Shown piece after piece: positions 12,621 to 26,284 of a DNA stretch of 64,000 bases. The DNA comes from Eledone cirrhosa. Lineage: Eukaryota. The position numbers were made by a program, and so were the translations under genes. Under the pieces are notes generated by a model. The model was given only the letters and a program-made list of their open reading frames with translations. It made no database searches and was not told where the DNA came from. The stretch is taken from assembly GCA_964016885.1 (NCBI GenBank), contig OZ024742.1, forward strand, positions 324,756,001 through 324,820,000, given 5' to 3'. Position 1 is the first letter of the stretch. Every line of letters begins with the position of its first letter.

Positions 12621-15600
12621 TCTTTCTTTATTAACCACAAGGGTTTACATAAAGTAGACATTAAGGACAGTACAGGACAATACAGGGCGGTACGAATGGG
12701 CATTTCTGCGTGTAAAAAAAAAAACAGAGGATGTAATAAAAACAACAAGGAAAAATTCCCCAATAAGGGGGAGACTTCCGAGGGACATTTGTGGAGAAAG
12801 CCCATTAAAAGGCCACAGTGATCCTGACCACCAAGGCAAGTGCCCTGTCCCAGTTTTCCACCTTTAATTTACAGACACATACTCAGATAGACCCATTCAC
12901 TCGGGCCATACTTGCTTCTCTCACCCATCTTTCAACAAAATGCTGGGAAGAGAGCACTTCCCTCTCTACCCTGATTTTCCTTCTTAAATGAAATTTGAAA
13001 AAGTTAATCAGGGCATCACCGAAGAGGTAAGTGCTCGTCTTCAGCCCTTTCAAACGTGTCCACCATATTATCTCTTTCGCCACGGCCACCAGACAGATAA
13101 AAACTGCCTGCCCTTCCCGGCTAAAGAAAGAGGGCGGAGCAATCCTCACGATGGACTCAGCTGATAGCTGGATCCGTCCTACACGTGACAGCAGGTGTTC
13201 GACATAAACCCACAAGTCAGCAATGCTCGGACACTGGACGAGTGCGTGACCGTTCACTCTCACCACAGAGTAGATGTCGCTGTGCATGGCAGCGATCCAG
13301 CCTCTGAAGACGGGTCCAAACCCAGCCGCCCTCAGGACTGCCGCTAGGTAACGATGGTCGACCCTATCGAAATCTTTCGACTGATCTAAATTGATCAAGG
13401 ACCTACCCGTGCCAGGTTCCCTAGCTACCCTCTCTACGATGTATCGCATAAGGTGGAGGTTGTCGTGGATGGATCTGTCGGAAATGGCGCACGTATGCGC
13501 CTCTCCCACCAGACCACCAACGACAAGCGCCAACCTCTTTGCTAGCACCGTGGCCAAAATCTTGAACTCTGTGTTTAGCAGAGTTATGGGCCTGAAATTA
13601 TCGATGTTATCCCCCTTGTTCAGATCCTTTCTCAGCAGCGCCACAGCTTCTCGACTCACAGAGCTGGGAATTCTCCCGTTCTGTTGCCAGTTGCAGTAGA
13701 CGTCCGCCAAGAGGCCTCCGAAAAAGTCTGGCATCTGTACGTAAAGTTTATAGGGCAGACCATCCAAACCAGGCGATTTACCCCTTGTGCAGCCAGTCAT
13801 TGCCTCCCGTACTTCAGCGGCTGTTATCGGCTTTTGGCAACACTCCACCTCAGTGGCCGAGAGCCGCGGCAGTCCGTCGAGGTAGACACTAAAGTCCATC
13901 CCTCGATCCGGCCCGCCACTGCCCCCGAACAGCCATGCAAAGTGTCGCTGGAAAGCTTCACACATTTGCCCGGCATCGAGTAGCATGCGCCCGTCGTGGT
14001 CCACCAAAGACCGGATCGTGGCTTTGTTGCCACGACGCGCCTCCGCCACTCGGGCCCATTGAACGGCTTTCGTCCCCTCGTGTCTGAGAGTACGCACCCT
14101 AGCTCTGACAACGCAGCCTTTGTGCTTTGCATTGAAGAATTGGTCAAGGGCCGCAAGTACGTCGGTCGCGATGCCTTTGCTAAGCGCCTCGTCTAATTTT
14201 CTAACTAATTCTCCCTCTGCTCTATTTTTCTCTATTGCTAAAGCCTTACTAAACCTAATGGACTCTATTCTAATCGCTCCTTTCAGAGCAAACCATTACT
14301 TGTTGTTGACGATGGCCTCCGCGAACGCCCGCTTAACTAGTTCGCTAATCTGGTCTCTGTAGGCCTTGCGCGCTGGTAAAGACGCGTTTAGCTTCCAGTA
14401 GCCGGTTCCTCGTCTATGAAGCCTATCTAAGTCAAGCACACATATCACGAATTTGTGATCCGTGTAGCTGACTATCTTGAATTGTGGACAGCCTATGCTA
14501 GACCTATCTATTTCCCTACAAAATACTCTATCTAGATATGATCTGGATGACCCTGTGCGATTTGTCCAAGGCCACATTGGCACATTCGGGAAATCCAATC
14601 GGTACCTATCAGACAGTTCAAATCGCCTGAGCAGGTTGGTGAGGCTCTTGCACCCTCCTCCCCTATCCGCTAATCCCACACAGTCCCAGCGTGCATCTAA
14701 GATCCCGTTCCAGTCGCCCACTAACACTAAAGAGCGGGACGTTCCAAGAAAGGTCTCCAGACGCCGGAAGAAATCAGGCCGCCCTGCTCCTGTCGGGGCA
14801 TAGACAGCCACTAGCCTAAAAGCTTGCCCGTCTCCGCTGGTCACGTCCAGCACCACCAACTTACCTTCTGGGTCCAGGAAGATGGCCCGTATGGCGAGAT
14901 CCAAACCTCTCCGAAAAAGCACAGCAACTCCTCCCCCGATCCAGGACGGCTGGGAGATGCGTACGCATCGTAGCCGCCGAAGATCGGTGCGAAGGCCCGT
15001 GCTTCGGAGATTCTGGTCTCGCTGATGGCCACAACATCTGTTTAGTGACCTGAGGTCGTTAAGCAGGTAGCCCTGCTTCCATGACCACCCCAAGCCACGC
15101 ACATTTATGCTGCCTATTTGGAGTGAGGTCATGTTGAAATGGAGTGGAAAAGATGGGAAAGGCCACTTACCTTACTTCTCGTAGAGGAAGGATGGTTTGT
15201 CCATCCTTTTCCCTGCTTGTGGCCTCCTCCGGAAGGATGTCCTTATAAATTCCCGGAGAGTGCTTGTCGGAAGTCTCCGATGTCTTTGGAGAATTTTTGT
15301 TTTAGTGTCGTGTACGTTTTCTGTGTGATTCGAGTGATTTGTAAGTGTGGAGGTTGTGTGAACTTTTGGGTTGTTGTGTAGTCTTTTTCTGTGATGCTGG
15401 TGTTGTGTTGGATGTAGTGTAATAATTGGTTGTTGTTCAAATTTAATGCTGTGTAGTGTGTATCGTTTTGGTTGTTTTGTTTCGTTTGCGTTTGTTGTGG
15501 GTTTGTTTCTGTTTCGCTTTTTTGGTGACTTTTGTGGTGTTGGTGATGGTGGTGTTGGGGTTAATGATGGTGATGGTGTTGGTGTTTGTGGTGATGGGGT

Positions 15601-15846
15601 TGGTGATGCTGGTGTGGATGGTGGCATAGCTGTCCTAACTTTTTTGCTTGATAGTTTATTTGTTTCCCTCTGTATTTTGTTTTTGGAGGGGGAAGGAAGA
15701 GGATTTCTTCTTTTTTGGCTTCTTTTTCTTTTTTCTTTTTTCCCGATAACGTTTCTCACTCCTCGTCGTCACAATCTGTCTCCCGTTGCGATAGGTCGGG
15801 GAGTGGAAAATCCTCCACGGGCGTTGGTGTTGGTTGTGGCGTAGTG
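12621..15846 (-). mobile_element. Second Tx1 copy, 5'-truncated in ORF1, with an internal deletion of about 1.14 kb in ORF2
   Basis: Highly similar to 2304-6676; VRVNGH is joined directly to ALVQC at 13246-13248; abuts the (AAT)n tail of the Dong element. Confidence 0.93.
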
Positions 15847-16497
15847 AATAATAATTATTATTATTGTTATTTTTAACATCACCATTATCATTATTACTGT
15901 TATTGATTATGATTTGTTATTGTTATTAGATTTATTGTTAAACGTTGTAAACATTTCAATTTATACATACTACACAATTCCTTTACAAAAGTACAATCGA
16001 CACTAAATATCGTTTCTTGTTTTCCCTATGGATCGATATTCCTCAATTTCTTTATGTACTCTCTCTATATTTTACTATCGATTTCATAAGGAGGATTAAG
16101 TAGATCATTTAGAGCACCGAATTATATACATAATAGCATATATTTTCATTTCTCTGTCCATATCGTGTTGTGATTCAATAAAATAAGCACCAGTAAATAT
16201 ATTCATTCCATTTCATTCCTTCTAGTCATAATTTGTTTTTGTGCACATTTAAAAGAATTTGTTAGAATAATAAATCAATAAAACATATTTATTTCGAATA
16301 TATTACATGTTTTTGGTGTTTTTCGTTGTTTTTCCTTTAATGCACATCGATAATCTATAGTATTAACGCAAACAACTGCAAACAAACCACACATGAAAGG
16401 TGCCTCATATCACACACAGCCAGCTGCGCAATGAAGAACGCATTGGATAATGTGGTAATAAAACATACTATGTCTAAATAAAATATAGGATACTCAC

Positions 16498-16546
16498 GGC
16501 TGGAGGATCTTTCATAATGGATCTGCTCAATCAACCCACGTTTTGC
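16498..16546 (-). other. Candidate 49-bp host exon
   Basis: Minus strand: ttcatatttag | GCAAAACGTGGG...CCTCCAGCC | GTGAGT. Sequence is unique within the window. No expression evidence. Confidence 0.3.
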
Positions 16547-16841
16547 CTAAATATGAACAATAGGATTAATAAATATCTAAACATATTCGCAAATTATAAT
16601 GTATACAAGATTATACAATAGCTATCTTTTTAAAAAGTTTTCCTCTTCATTCTGATTTCCTTGGTATCGGCCTTATAATTCACTACACCAAACTTGATAA
16701 AATATTGAGCACAACATAAAGAATTCAATATTTTTTATATTCTTTTAGTGGTTTTAGTTATTAAACTGCAATCATGCTAGAACATTGTTTTGTTTTATCT
16801 GATCATATCAACACCAGTACATTTTCTCTTTTAATTTGGTA

Positions 16842-17009
16842 CCATATTTCCCGGCGCCGAAGAGGCTTCGTCCTCGAGGACACACCCTAATTTTGACAAA
16901 CAAAAATTTGTAAAAAAATTATAAACAACCTTCGGCCTCCAGGACGCGTGGTACATTTTTGAGACTTATTTTATGAAAAAAGTAGCGTCTTCGACGCCGG
17001 GAAATATAG
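16842..17009. mobile_element. 168-bp Tc1/mariner-pogo-like MITE inserted in a SINE remnant
   Basis: TIRs ccatatttcccggcgccgaagaggct / agcgtcttcgacgccgggaaatatag; TA on both sides (16840-16841, 17010-17011); flanks rejoin as the SINE motif tggtacttattttatc. Confidence 0.8.
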
Positions 17010-17139
17010 TACTTATTTTATCAATCTTTTTGACGAAGTATCAAGTAGCTGAACATAAATAGAGATACGGTCACTCACACATAAACACAGATATATACAT
17101 ACAAACATATGAACTATATAGTAGTTTTGGGAAAAAACA

Positions 17140-18975
17140 TCTTTGTGTACTAACATTAAGAAAACATTAAGGATGGCACAGTAGTGTACAGGATGGCACA
17201 AGACGGTATTGTGTAGGTTTCGGCGTGTAAGCAAATTTTAACAAAAATCATGTAAAAAATTCGAAAGAAATTCATTCGCCAATAGGGGAACTTCTCTGGT
17301 CACGCATCGAAACAGCCCAAAAAAGGCCACAGTCACCCTGTTCCTGTTGTCCTCCAATCTGCAGGCGCATACTCAGAGAAGGCTCATTAATTCGGGCCAT
17401 GATCGCTACTCTGACACACCTTTCAATAAAATTGATTGGAAGGCAGCACTTCCCTCAACGCTCTCCTTTTTCTTTTGAAGTGAGACCTAGAAAAATTAAT
17501 CAGAGCTGACAACTGACAAAATTAATAGACAACTGACCAGGGAAACCTGTCCCTTCTACAAAAAACGAAAGAATATACGTTCCAGTGTAGTGAGGTGTAC
17601 CAGAAGGATATACGACGGTCAGGCGAAGGTAGATGACGGACGCAGTGTACACGTTCGCCATCTGAGTCCGATATTTGAGGGATAGCTTTCTCTCGGCCTA
17701 TTTCTGGTGGAGAGAGGACACCCTGCTCGTTACCTCTTCTGGATAGAGACACCGAGTAATTTAATTGATCCGTCCGTCCAGCATCAAGCGACGCAGTTGG
17801 ACGACCATTCCAGGTGCAGAGCCGCAGGCTCACCGACATTTGTGTATCGGTTCAAACTTCATGAGGGCGGGACCTATTATCTCAATGGGTTGGTGTTCGA
17901 CACCATTACGGTGACATCGTCAGCATATGCTAACACGGATGTCACGACCCTCAACGTTTCTACTTTATGTATTAACGACTCGAATGTCAATACATAAAAA
18001 GGGGACGAGAGGGACAACTTTCACAGCCCGAGCGCTCGATGTTGAACGGCTGCTTAAGATGGCCGTTCACTGTTACCACAGGACAAAAGTCACTGTGCAT
18101 TGCAGCGATCCAGCTCTTGAAAACGGGTTCGAAGTCAGCTGATTGGAGGACTGCCGTGCGGTAGCGATGGTCGACTTTATCGAAACTTTTCGATTAATCT
18201 ATATTGAAGAAGGGCCCCACCCGTACTAATCTTTTTATGATGTATCACATGAGGTGGAGGTTGTCTTGGTCGGGACTGTCCGGAAAGACGCATGCCTTCG
18301 GCTTCTATACCAGACCACGACCGACAAACGCCAACCTCGTCGCTAACACAGTTTTAAACTCTGCGTTTAGCAATGTTATGGGCCTGAAATTATCTATATG
18401 GGTCTCCTTGTTCGGGTCCTTTTTTAGCAGTGCTACCACCCCTCGGCTCACAGAACTGGAAGTTTTCCTGTTCTGTTGCCAGTTATAGTAGACGGCAGCT
18501 GTGATGACCCCGAACAAGTCTAGCATGTTAGTGTAAAGCTCGTAAGGTAGATCATCCTAACAAGGTGATTTGCACCTTGTACAGCTAGCCATTGCATTCC
18601 ATATTTCATCGGCTGTTATCAGCGTTGGAAAATTCGTCCAGGGACAACCACACCGAAAGCATGTCGGCTGGGATGACTTTACTAAACTTCTTACTAGCTC
18701 TCACTCTATCCTACTTTCCTCTCTTATTACAGCTTCACTAAGCCTTATCGAATCTGTTCTAATAACCCTTTTCTGGGTAAAACAACATTTGTTGTGTGAC
18801 GATTTTCACCGTCAACGCCCGCTTAAATAATTTCTTTGGAATCTTTGCGCATTGGGAACGATGCGTTGTGCTTCCAATAACAGGGTCCCTGTATATGGAG
18901 CTTATCTAGGAAGACTCTACAAATAAAAGATTTGTGGTCTATGTAGTCGATTTATTTAAATTGTGGACAACAATA
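17140..18975 (-). mobile_element. Older, multiply deleted Tx1-family relic
   Basis: MLDLFG..VYYNWQQN..SRGVVALLKKDPNK..NFRPITLLN (18305-18526) plus patchy similarity to the 3' end and RT of copy 1. Confidence 0.8.
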
Positions 18976-19452
18976 ATAATTGTTTCTACTTTAGGCACAA
19001 GGCCAGCAATTACCCAAACAATAATAATAATATCTAAAAAGAGAAGACCTCGCAGGGAATCCTACTTTGACGGCGCCACACGCTGTCCAATATAATGAGA
19101 ATAAAACTCTATCTAGAATATGCACGTACGTATATGAATAGAGCCAATATTCACGATTTTTATAGTCAGCAATTGCAAAGACCATACTGCGAGCTAATGG
19201 AGTTAGATTCTAGTATTGCCTGTGTATTATTAAGTTCAATATCTAACACATTTTTAGAAACGTATCAATAATAATTACAAGTATCAAACCTGTCACATAA
19301 CACGTAGTAACAAATAATCACTGGCGCATTTTACTTCTACGTACGTGGGCATATGTGAATAGATGTCACTTCCTTTCTCTCTTTCTCACTCTTCCTATGT
19401 CCTTTACACACAAATATACACTCACATACAAGCCCATCCAGGTATATGTATG

Positions 19453-19489
<37 letters not shown>

Positions 19490-19490
19490 A

Positions 19491-19548
<58 letters not shown>

Positions 19549-19710
19549 TTGTAGGTTGCTTGAAGCATTGTTGAATAGGAAATACAAATTTAAATAATTT
19601 TGAAGACCAAAACGCATTGTGTTGTTTTTCGAAATTATATATATATATATAGTAATAATATTAAATTTGAAGACTAAAATCCAAAGAGAGCTCGATAAGG
19701 ATAAATATAT

Positions 19711-19761
19711 AGTTTCAGAAGATCCCGTTAAGGGTGAAAGCAGCGATTCTTTGCTTAAACT
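19711..19761 (+). ncRNA. Hammerhead-like motif with variant core CAGAAGA (PLE terminal fragment)
   Basis: agttt CAGAAGA t ccc gttaa ggg t GAAA gca...tgc TT aaact; identical block at 38354-38404. Confidence 0.5.
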
Positions 19762-19772
19762 TTAATCTGTTA

Positions 19773-19869
<97 letters not shown>

Positions 19870-20431
19870 GTGTGAGTGTGTATGTGTGTGTGTGTGTGTG
19901 TGCGTGTGTGTGAGTGTGTGTGTGTGTGTGTGTACGCATATATGTATATCTACAAATAGAGATGTAAATATACACACACACACCCACACCCACACACGCA
20001 CTCCCTCACTCAAGCACACACACACACATACGCAGACACACCCTAACACACACACACACACACATATATATTATTGTATTCTCCTAGTTTTAAGCGGTAA
20101 AACTGGCGCACTAACGTGAAGGAATTCAGTTTGCCATATCAAGCCATACCTTATTTTATCGATCTGTATTTGTAGAACTTCTATTTTACAGGATATAAAC
20201 AAATAGTAAACCAAAAATGAAAGCGCTCACACGTACAAATTCTCATATATATATATATAAACATTTATATATATATGTGTGTATGCATATATATATATAT
20301 GTATATATACATTTATATATATACAAATATGTATATGTATATATACATATATATGTGCAACATACACATACACACAAACAGGCAAAGACACACGCGCACA
20401 CATATGTATATATATATATATTTATATATGA

Positions 20432-20471
<40 letters not shown>

Positions 20472-20688
20472 GTAAGTATGCATGTATACGTACATACATA
20501 TATGTATACAGACGTACAGTAGCATGCACATATATATATATATATATACATATATATATACATATGCATACAGGTACACATACATATATGCACGTATCAG
20601 TTTAGCGGCGCTTATTATAACGTCGCTTTGTTCGTTTGTAAACAAACTGAACAGCCTGAATTTATGCCATACGGTGTTAAGGCAGGTA

Positions 20689-20737
20689 AACGGTGCTGAT
20701 GATAGCTAACAAGCTTGAAACTAGCTAGTACATCGTT
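20689..20737 (+). ncRNA. Type I hammerhead ribozyme (stem III lengthened by a 4-nt duplication)
   Basis: aacggtg CTGATGA t agct aaca agct t GAAA ctagctag TA catcgtt. Confidence 0.8.
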
Positions 20738-21166
20738 CCTGTGTCAGTGTTGAACAAAAAGGTGACGTGGTTGCCTTAACACCGTATGGCATAAATTCAG
20801 GCTGTTCAGTTTGTTTACAAACGAACAAAGCGACGTTATAATAAGCGCCGCTAAACTGATACGTGCATATATGTATGTGTACCTGTATGCATATGTATAT
20901 ATATATGTATATATATATATATATATGTGCATGCTACTGTACGTCTGTATACATATATGTATGTACGTATACATGCATACTTACATTTAAGTAAGTGCCA
21001 TACTAAGAGTGAGAAATGAAATTTCGTTTTCATTTTGTTTCAATTTATCGTTTTCGGTATGCCTGACCGATTTAACTCACTCAATATGCAAATTAGGCTG
21101 CTCAGCCGTTAATTTTCATAAGGAAAGTATATACTTTCGAACGTTCAACTATCTGGCAGATGGGTA

Positions 21167-21211
21167 AACGGTGCTGATGATAGCTAACAAGCTTGAAACT
21201 AGTACATCGTT
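21167..21211 (+). ncRNA. Minimal type I hammerhead ribozyme
   Basis: aacggtg CTGATGA tagctaacaagctt GAAA ctag TA catcgtt; 7-bp stem I, palindromic ACUAGU stem III, GUA cleavage triplet. Confidence 0.85.
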
Positions 21212-21351
21212 CCTGTGTCAGTGTTGAACAAAAAGGTGACGTGGTTGCCTTAACACCGTATGGCATAAATTCAGGCTGTTCAGTTTGTTTACAAACGAAC
21301 AAAGCGACGTTATAATAACCACGTCACCTTTTTGTTCAACACTGACACAGG

Positions 21352-21396
21352 AACGATGTACTAGTTTCAAGCTTGTTAGCTATCATCAGCACCGTT
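21352..21396 (-). ncRNA. Minimal type I hammerhead ribozyme
   Basis: Reverse complement of the 21167-21211 motif. Confidence 0.85.
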
Positions 21397-21630
21397 TACC
21401 CACCTGCCAGATGGTTGAACGTTCGAAAGTATATACTTTCCTTATGAAAATTAACGACTGAGCAGCCTAATTTGCATATTGAGTGAGTTAAATCGGTCAG
21501 GCATACCGAAAACGATAAGTTGAAAAAAATGAAAACGAAATTTCATTTCTCACTCTTAGTATGGCACTTACTTAAATGTAAGTATGTATGTATACGTACA
21601 TACATATATGTATACAGACGTACAGTAGCA

Positions 21631-21665
<35 letters not shown>

Positions 21666-21813
21666 CATATGCATATATATATATACACATATGCATATAT
21701 ATATATACACATATGCATATATATATATACACATATGCATTAGGCTGCTCAGCCGTTAATTTTCATAGGGAAAGTATATACTTTCGAACGTTCAATTATC
21801 TGGCAGATGGGTA

Positions 21814-21858
21814 AACGGTGCTGATGATAGCTAACAAGCTTGAAACTAGTACATCGTT
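21814..21858 (+). ncRNA. Minimal type I hammerhead ribozyme
   Basis: Same motif; CTGATGA at 21821-21827. Confidence 0.85.
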
Positions 21859-22020
21859 CCTGTGTCAGTGTTGAACAAAAAGGTGAGGTGGTTGCCTTAA
21901 CACCGTATGGCATAAATTCAGGCTGTTCGCTTTGTTGACAAACAAACGAACAAAGCGGCCGGCGTTATAATAAACGTCGACTAAACTGATGCGTGCATAT
22001 ATGTATGTGTACCTGTATGC

Positions 22021-22073
<53 letters not shown>

Positions 22074-22235
22074 TGCTACTGTACGTCTGTATACATATAT
22101 GTATGTACGTATATATACATACTTACATTTAAGTAAGTGCCATACTAAGAGTGAGAAATGAAATTTCGTTTTCATTTTTTTTCAACTTATATATATACAT
22201 ATATATATTTATATATATTTATATATATTTATATA

Positions 22236-22267
<32 letters not shown>

Positions 22268-22324
22268 ATGAATTACTGTTGCCTTCACGCTCACAATAAT
22301 TTCTAAACTTTCATTTAAATAAAG

Positions 22325-22355
<31 letters not shown>

Positions 22356-22358
22356 TAA

Positions 22359-22413
<55 letters not shown>

Positions 22414-22420
22414 GATATAA

Positions 22421-23099
22421 TAACTAGAGATTGATTAACATATAAATAAACATGAATAATCACAGGAGATCATTTTTACAAGTGTGTAACCACACATAGC
22501 TAGGTAGGTAACTAAATAAAGTTGACCAGAACTTCAAAAATAGATACCTTATAATAATTAATCAGATGGTAAACCACAGAAGTGGATACTTGGATTTTCA
22601 ACAAGGAAGAAGTTCCAGCAATCCGTGTTTACGCTTCAAGTTCAAATCAGCGACTGGCCAGCACGTGTAGTATTTACTAGAAATACACACACCATACTAG
22701 CTTCGTCCCAGTGGCGTGAATAGGGTTATCGACAACTAGAAACAGCAGTCGAGTCCTTTCAACAGAGTTAGCTCTACAATTAAGGAGCCGTATTTATATA
22801 TCTATATCCAAAATTAAGAGAAATCAAATGAATTTAATCTAAATCAAAATTATGGGTGTCATGCCAGAAAGACATGCGCCATATCACCCGCAAAATAAGC
22901 TCTAAGATTCTAACGAGTAGGTCCGAGCATTTTATAATAACTAGAGATTGATATTTATATGTTAATCAATCTCTAGTTATTATAAAATGCTCGGACCTAC
23001 TCGTTAGAATCTTAGAGCTTATTTTGCGGGTGATATGGCGCATGTCTTTCTGGCATGACACCCATAATTTTGATTTAGATTAAATTCATTTGATTTCTC

Positions 23100-23108
<9 letters not shown>
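22421..23108. mobile_element. ~517-bp non-coding element with a terminal direct repeat and an inverted partial copy
   Basis: taactagagattgat at 22421 and 22938; ~140-bp perfect inverted arms at 22810-22952 / 22965-23108; flanked by (TA)n. Confidence 0.7.
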
Positions 23109-23161
<53 letters not shown>

Positions 23162-23233
23162 AATTACTGTTGGCTTCATGCTCACAATAATTTCTATACT
23201 TTCATTTATATAAATATATATACATAAATACAA

Positions 23234-23264
<31 letters not shown>

Positions 23265-23285
23265 AATATATATACATAAATACAA

Positions 23286-23476
<191 letters not shown>

Positions 23477-23635
23477 ATATATAAGTATTTATGTATGTAT
23501 ACGTACATACATATATGTATACAGATGTATAGTAGTATGTATATATATACATACATGCACATAAACAAACAGCCCGAATTACACCGTACAGTGTTTAGGC
23601 AACCACGTCACCTTTTTGTTCAACACTGACACAGG

Positions 23636-23680
23636 AACGATGTACTAGTTTCAAGCTTATTAGCTATCGTCAGCATCGTA
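23636..23680 (-). ncRNA. Hammerhead ribozyme, diverged copy
   Basis: tacgatg CTGACGA tagctaataagctt GAAA ctag TA catcgtt. Changes fall at N7, loop II and the outer stem I position, plus a G-U to A-U change that keeps stem I paired. Confidence 0.8.
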
Positions 23681-24168
23681 TCCCTTCCTGCCAGATGGTT
23701 GAACGTCTGAAAGTATATACTTTCCTTATGCATATTAACGGCTGAGCAGCCTAATTTGCATATCGAGTGAAACCTAATTTGCATATAGAATGAAACGAAA
23801 TTTCATTTCTCACTCTTAGTACGGCACTTATGGCACTTACTAGTACATCGTTCCTCTGTCAGTGTTGAACAAAAAGGTGACGTGGTTGCCTAAACTCTGT
23901 ACGGCGTAATTCGGTAAGCCGATATAATAAATGTTCGGTAAACCGATACGTGCATATATATATATGTGTGCATGTATGTATATATACATACTACTGTACG
24001 TCTATACATATATGTATGTACGTATACATACATACATACTTACATTTAATTAAGTGCCGTACTAAGAGTGAGAAATGAAATTTCGTTTCATTCTATTCCA
24101 TTTATATATATATATTTATATAAATGAAAGTATAGAAATATATATATGAAAGTATATATATATGAAAG

Positions 24169-24441
<273 letters not shown>

Positions 24442-24444
24442 GCC

Positions 24445-24970
24445 TCGTTATGATTAATGTTTATTTTTCCCCGGTAACAGATGTTATGTGATTTCCCCGT
24501 AAACACTGATCGAACAATCAAAGCCAAGACACCTGATATAATTGTGAAGGACCATAAAGAGAAAACATGTTTCTTAATTGACATGAACATTCCATCATAT
24601 CGTAACATCTCCTCGAAAGGATTTGGAAAGCCCAGTAAGTATAAAGATCTAACAATTGAAATTGAGAATATGTGTCATCTTAAGGCCTGTACATTGCCAG
24701 TGATAATTGGCGCACTTGGAATGATAAAGAATGGAACTGAATAATATCTGGAACAGATACCTGGTAAGCCATCTCTGCAAGAGAAGGGTATTATCAATTT
24801 AAAAACGCTGCAAAGACATTTATTGTTGTTTGTGTCCCTGTGGCTACATTTGTATGACAATTGATGGTAAAATGTGTATATCATCAAATATTTTGCCTCA
24901 GGTGCCAGGTTGACATTCGGTATGATTTTGAAAAATAGCAGAATTCAGAGCAAATTTCAAATAATAATAT
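24445..24970 (+). mobile_element. 3' fragment of a Dong/R4-type element (RLE domain and 3' UTR)
   Basis: [35 protein letters not shown]...[18 protein letters not shown] (24481-24744), homologous to the C-terminus of the 8981 ORF. Confidence 0.85.
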
Positions 24971-26284
24971 AATCATCATCATCATCATCATCATCACAAG
25001 GGTAAGAAAAATCATTGCAATAACAACATCATCAACAGAATTAAGAGCAACAACAGGAATTCAGCATTGTTTCCAAATATAATTTTCTGAGTCTGTCGAA
25101 GTGTAAATATACTTATTAATTCAGACGTTGAGTTCAGCTTAATCTAATTCTGTCAATAACATTATGGATACTTTTAAAAAATACCAATATCGTGACGACA
25201 AGTTATTACAATATTTCAAGAAAATTTAACAACAAAATTAAATCTGTATAATTTAGCTGTTTATTTGATATTAAGCAGAGTCAAAACAACACTTAACACC
25301 CCTTTTTATGGAATTATCACTGGAAGAAGGAGATGTCATTCTGCGGTTAGCTGGAAGATCTGTGTAAGTGTGATGTCATGTGACATCAAGGTCAATTTAT
25401 TGCCCTCAACCCAGTTTCTGGGTTTTGGGAACAGACATCCTTGTGTTATACGGAGGATGGGCTGACTGATAGAGTGGTATTTTCGTGTCGTGCCTGAACT
25501 ATCGATTATGTTCAGTTTTATGCGAAGATGGATTGGTCTATTTCACAAAATATTCTTAATCATCCTGTCATCGTCGCCCATATCTAAGCCAACGATACCG
25601 TTATCAATTTAAACTAACTAGTGGGTGTCTACGTAATTGGTCAATCTGCTTGAAATGGCATCCAAATCTCCCCAAATCACATTATTACTATTTCAGTAAA
25701 GACCATGTTATATAATGTAGTATGATGTATACTATATCGAAAATAAATGATGCCGTATTAGCTTAAATGCCTTTGATTTGTTCAATCAATGCAGCTTACA
25801 TCATATATTTATTAGACAACTGAAAGCAGATGCTTCGAAAATAAAAAGTAATGACTGATAAGTGTATTAATAGTTATAGATTCAGAGCACCTATTATAAA
25901 CAGGATATGTATTTCAGTTGTTAAATTAAGAGAAAGTCTTAGCCTGAGAGATTAGTTTGCCATGTAGCTGTGTATTGCAGTGGTGGTGTAATAAAATTAA
26001 ACAAGAGAGAAGAAGCGATGTTAAACTGTGCGACAGATTAAGTCTAAAGAGACCCATATAAATGCATACGCATACCTATAGTTAAAACAAAAGCCTCCTA
26101 CATGTCAATATAAATATAAGTAGGGATTCCAGAGGGAGTCTGAGGGGCGCCATATCGACATACGGTGTTTCTAGGGCACTTTTTAAAACCCAGTGGAGCG
26201 GAACCCATCTCCTTTCCAGGTCTGAATACAGCAGAAGTTTTCCAGGGGATAGAGAATGAGAGAATAGAAGTGATAAAGAGATAT

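Noticed and set aside
2497-15844. Antisense and alternate-frame ORFs over the LINEs
   Set aside because: Shadows of retroelement coding sequence with no domain motifs.
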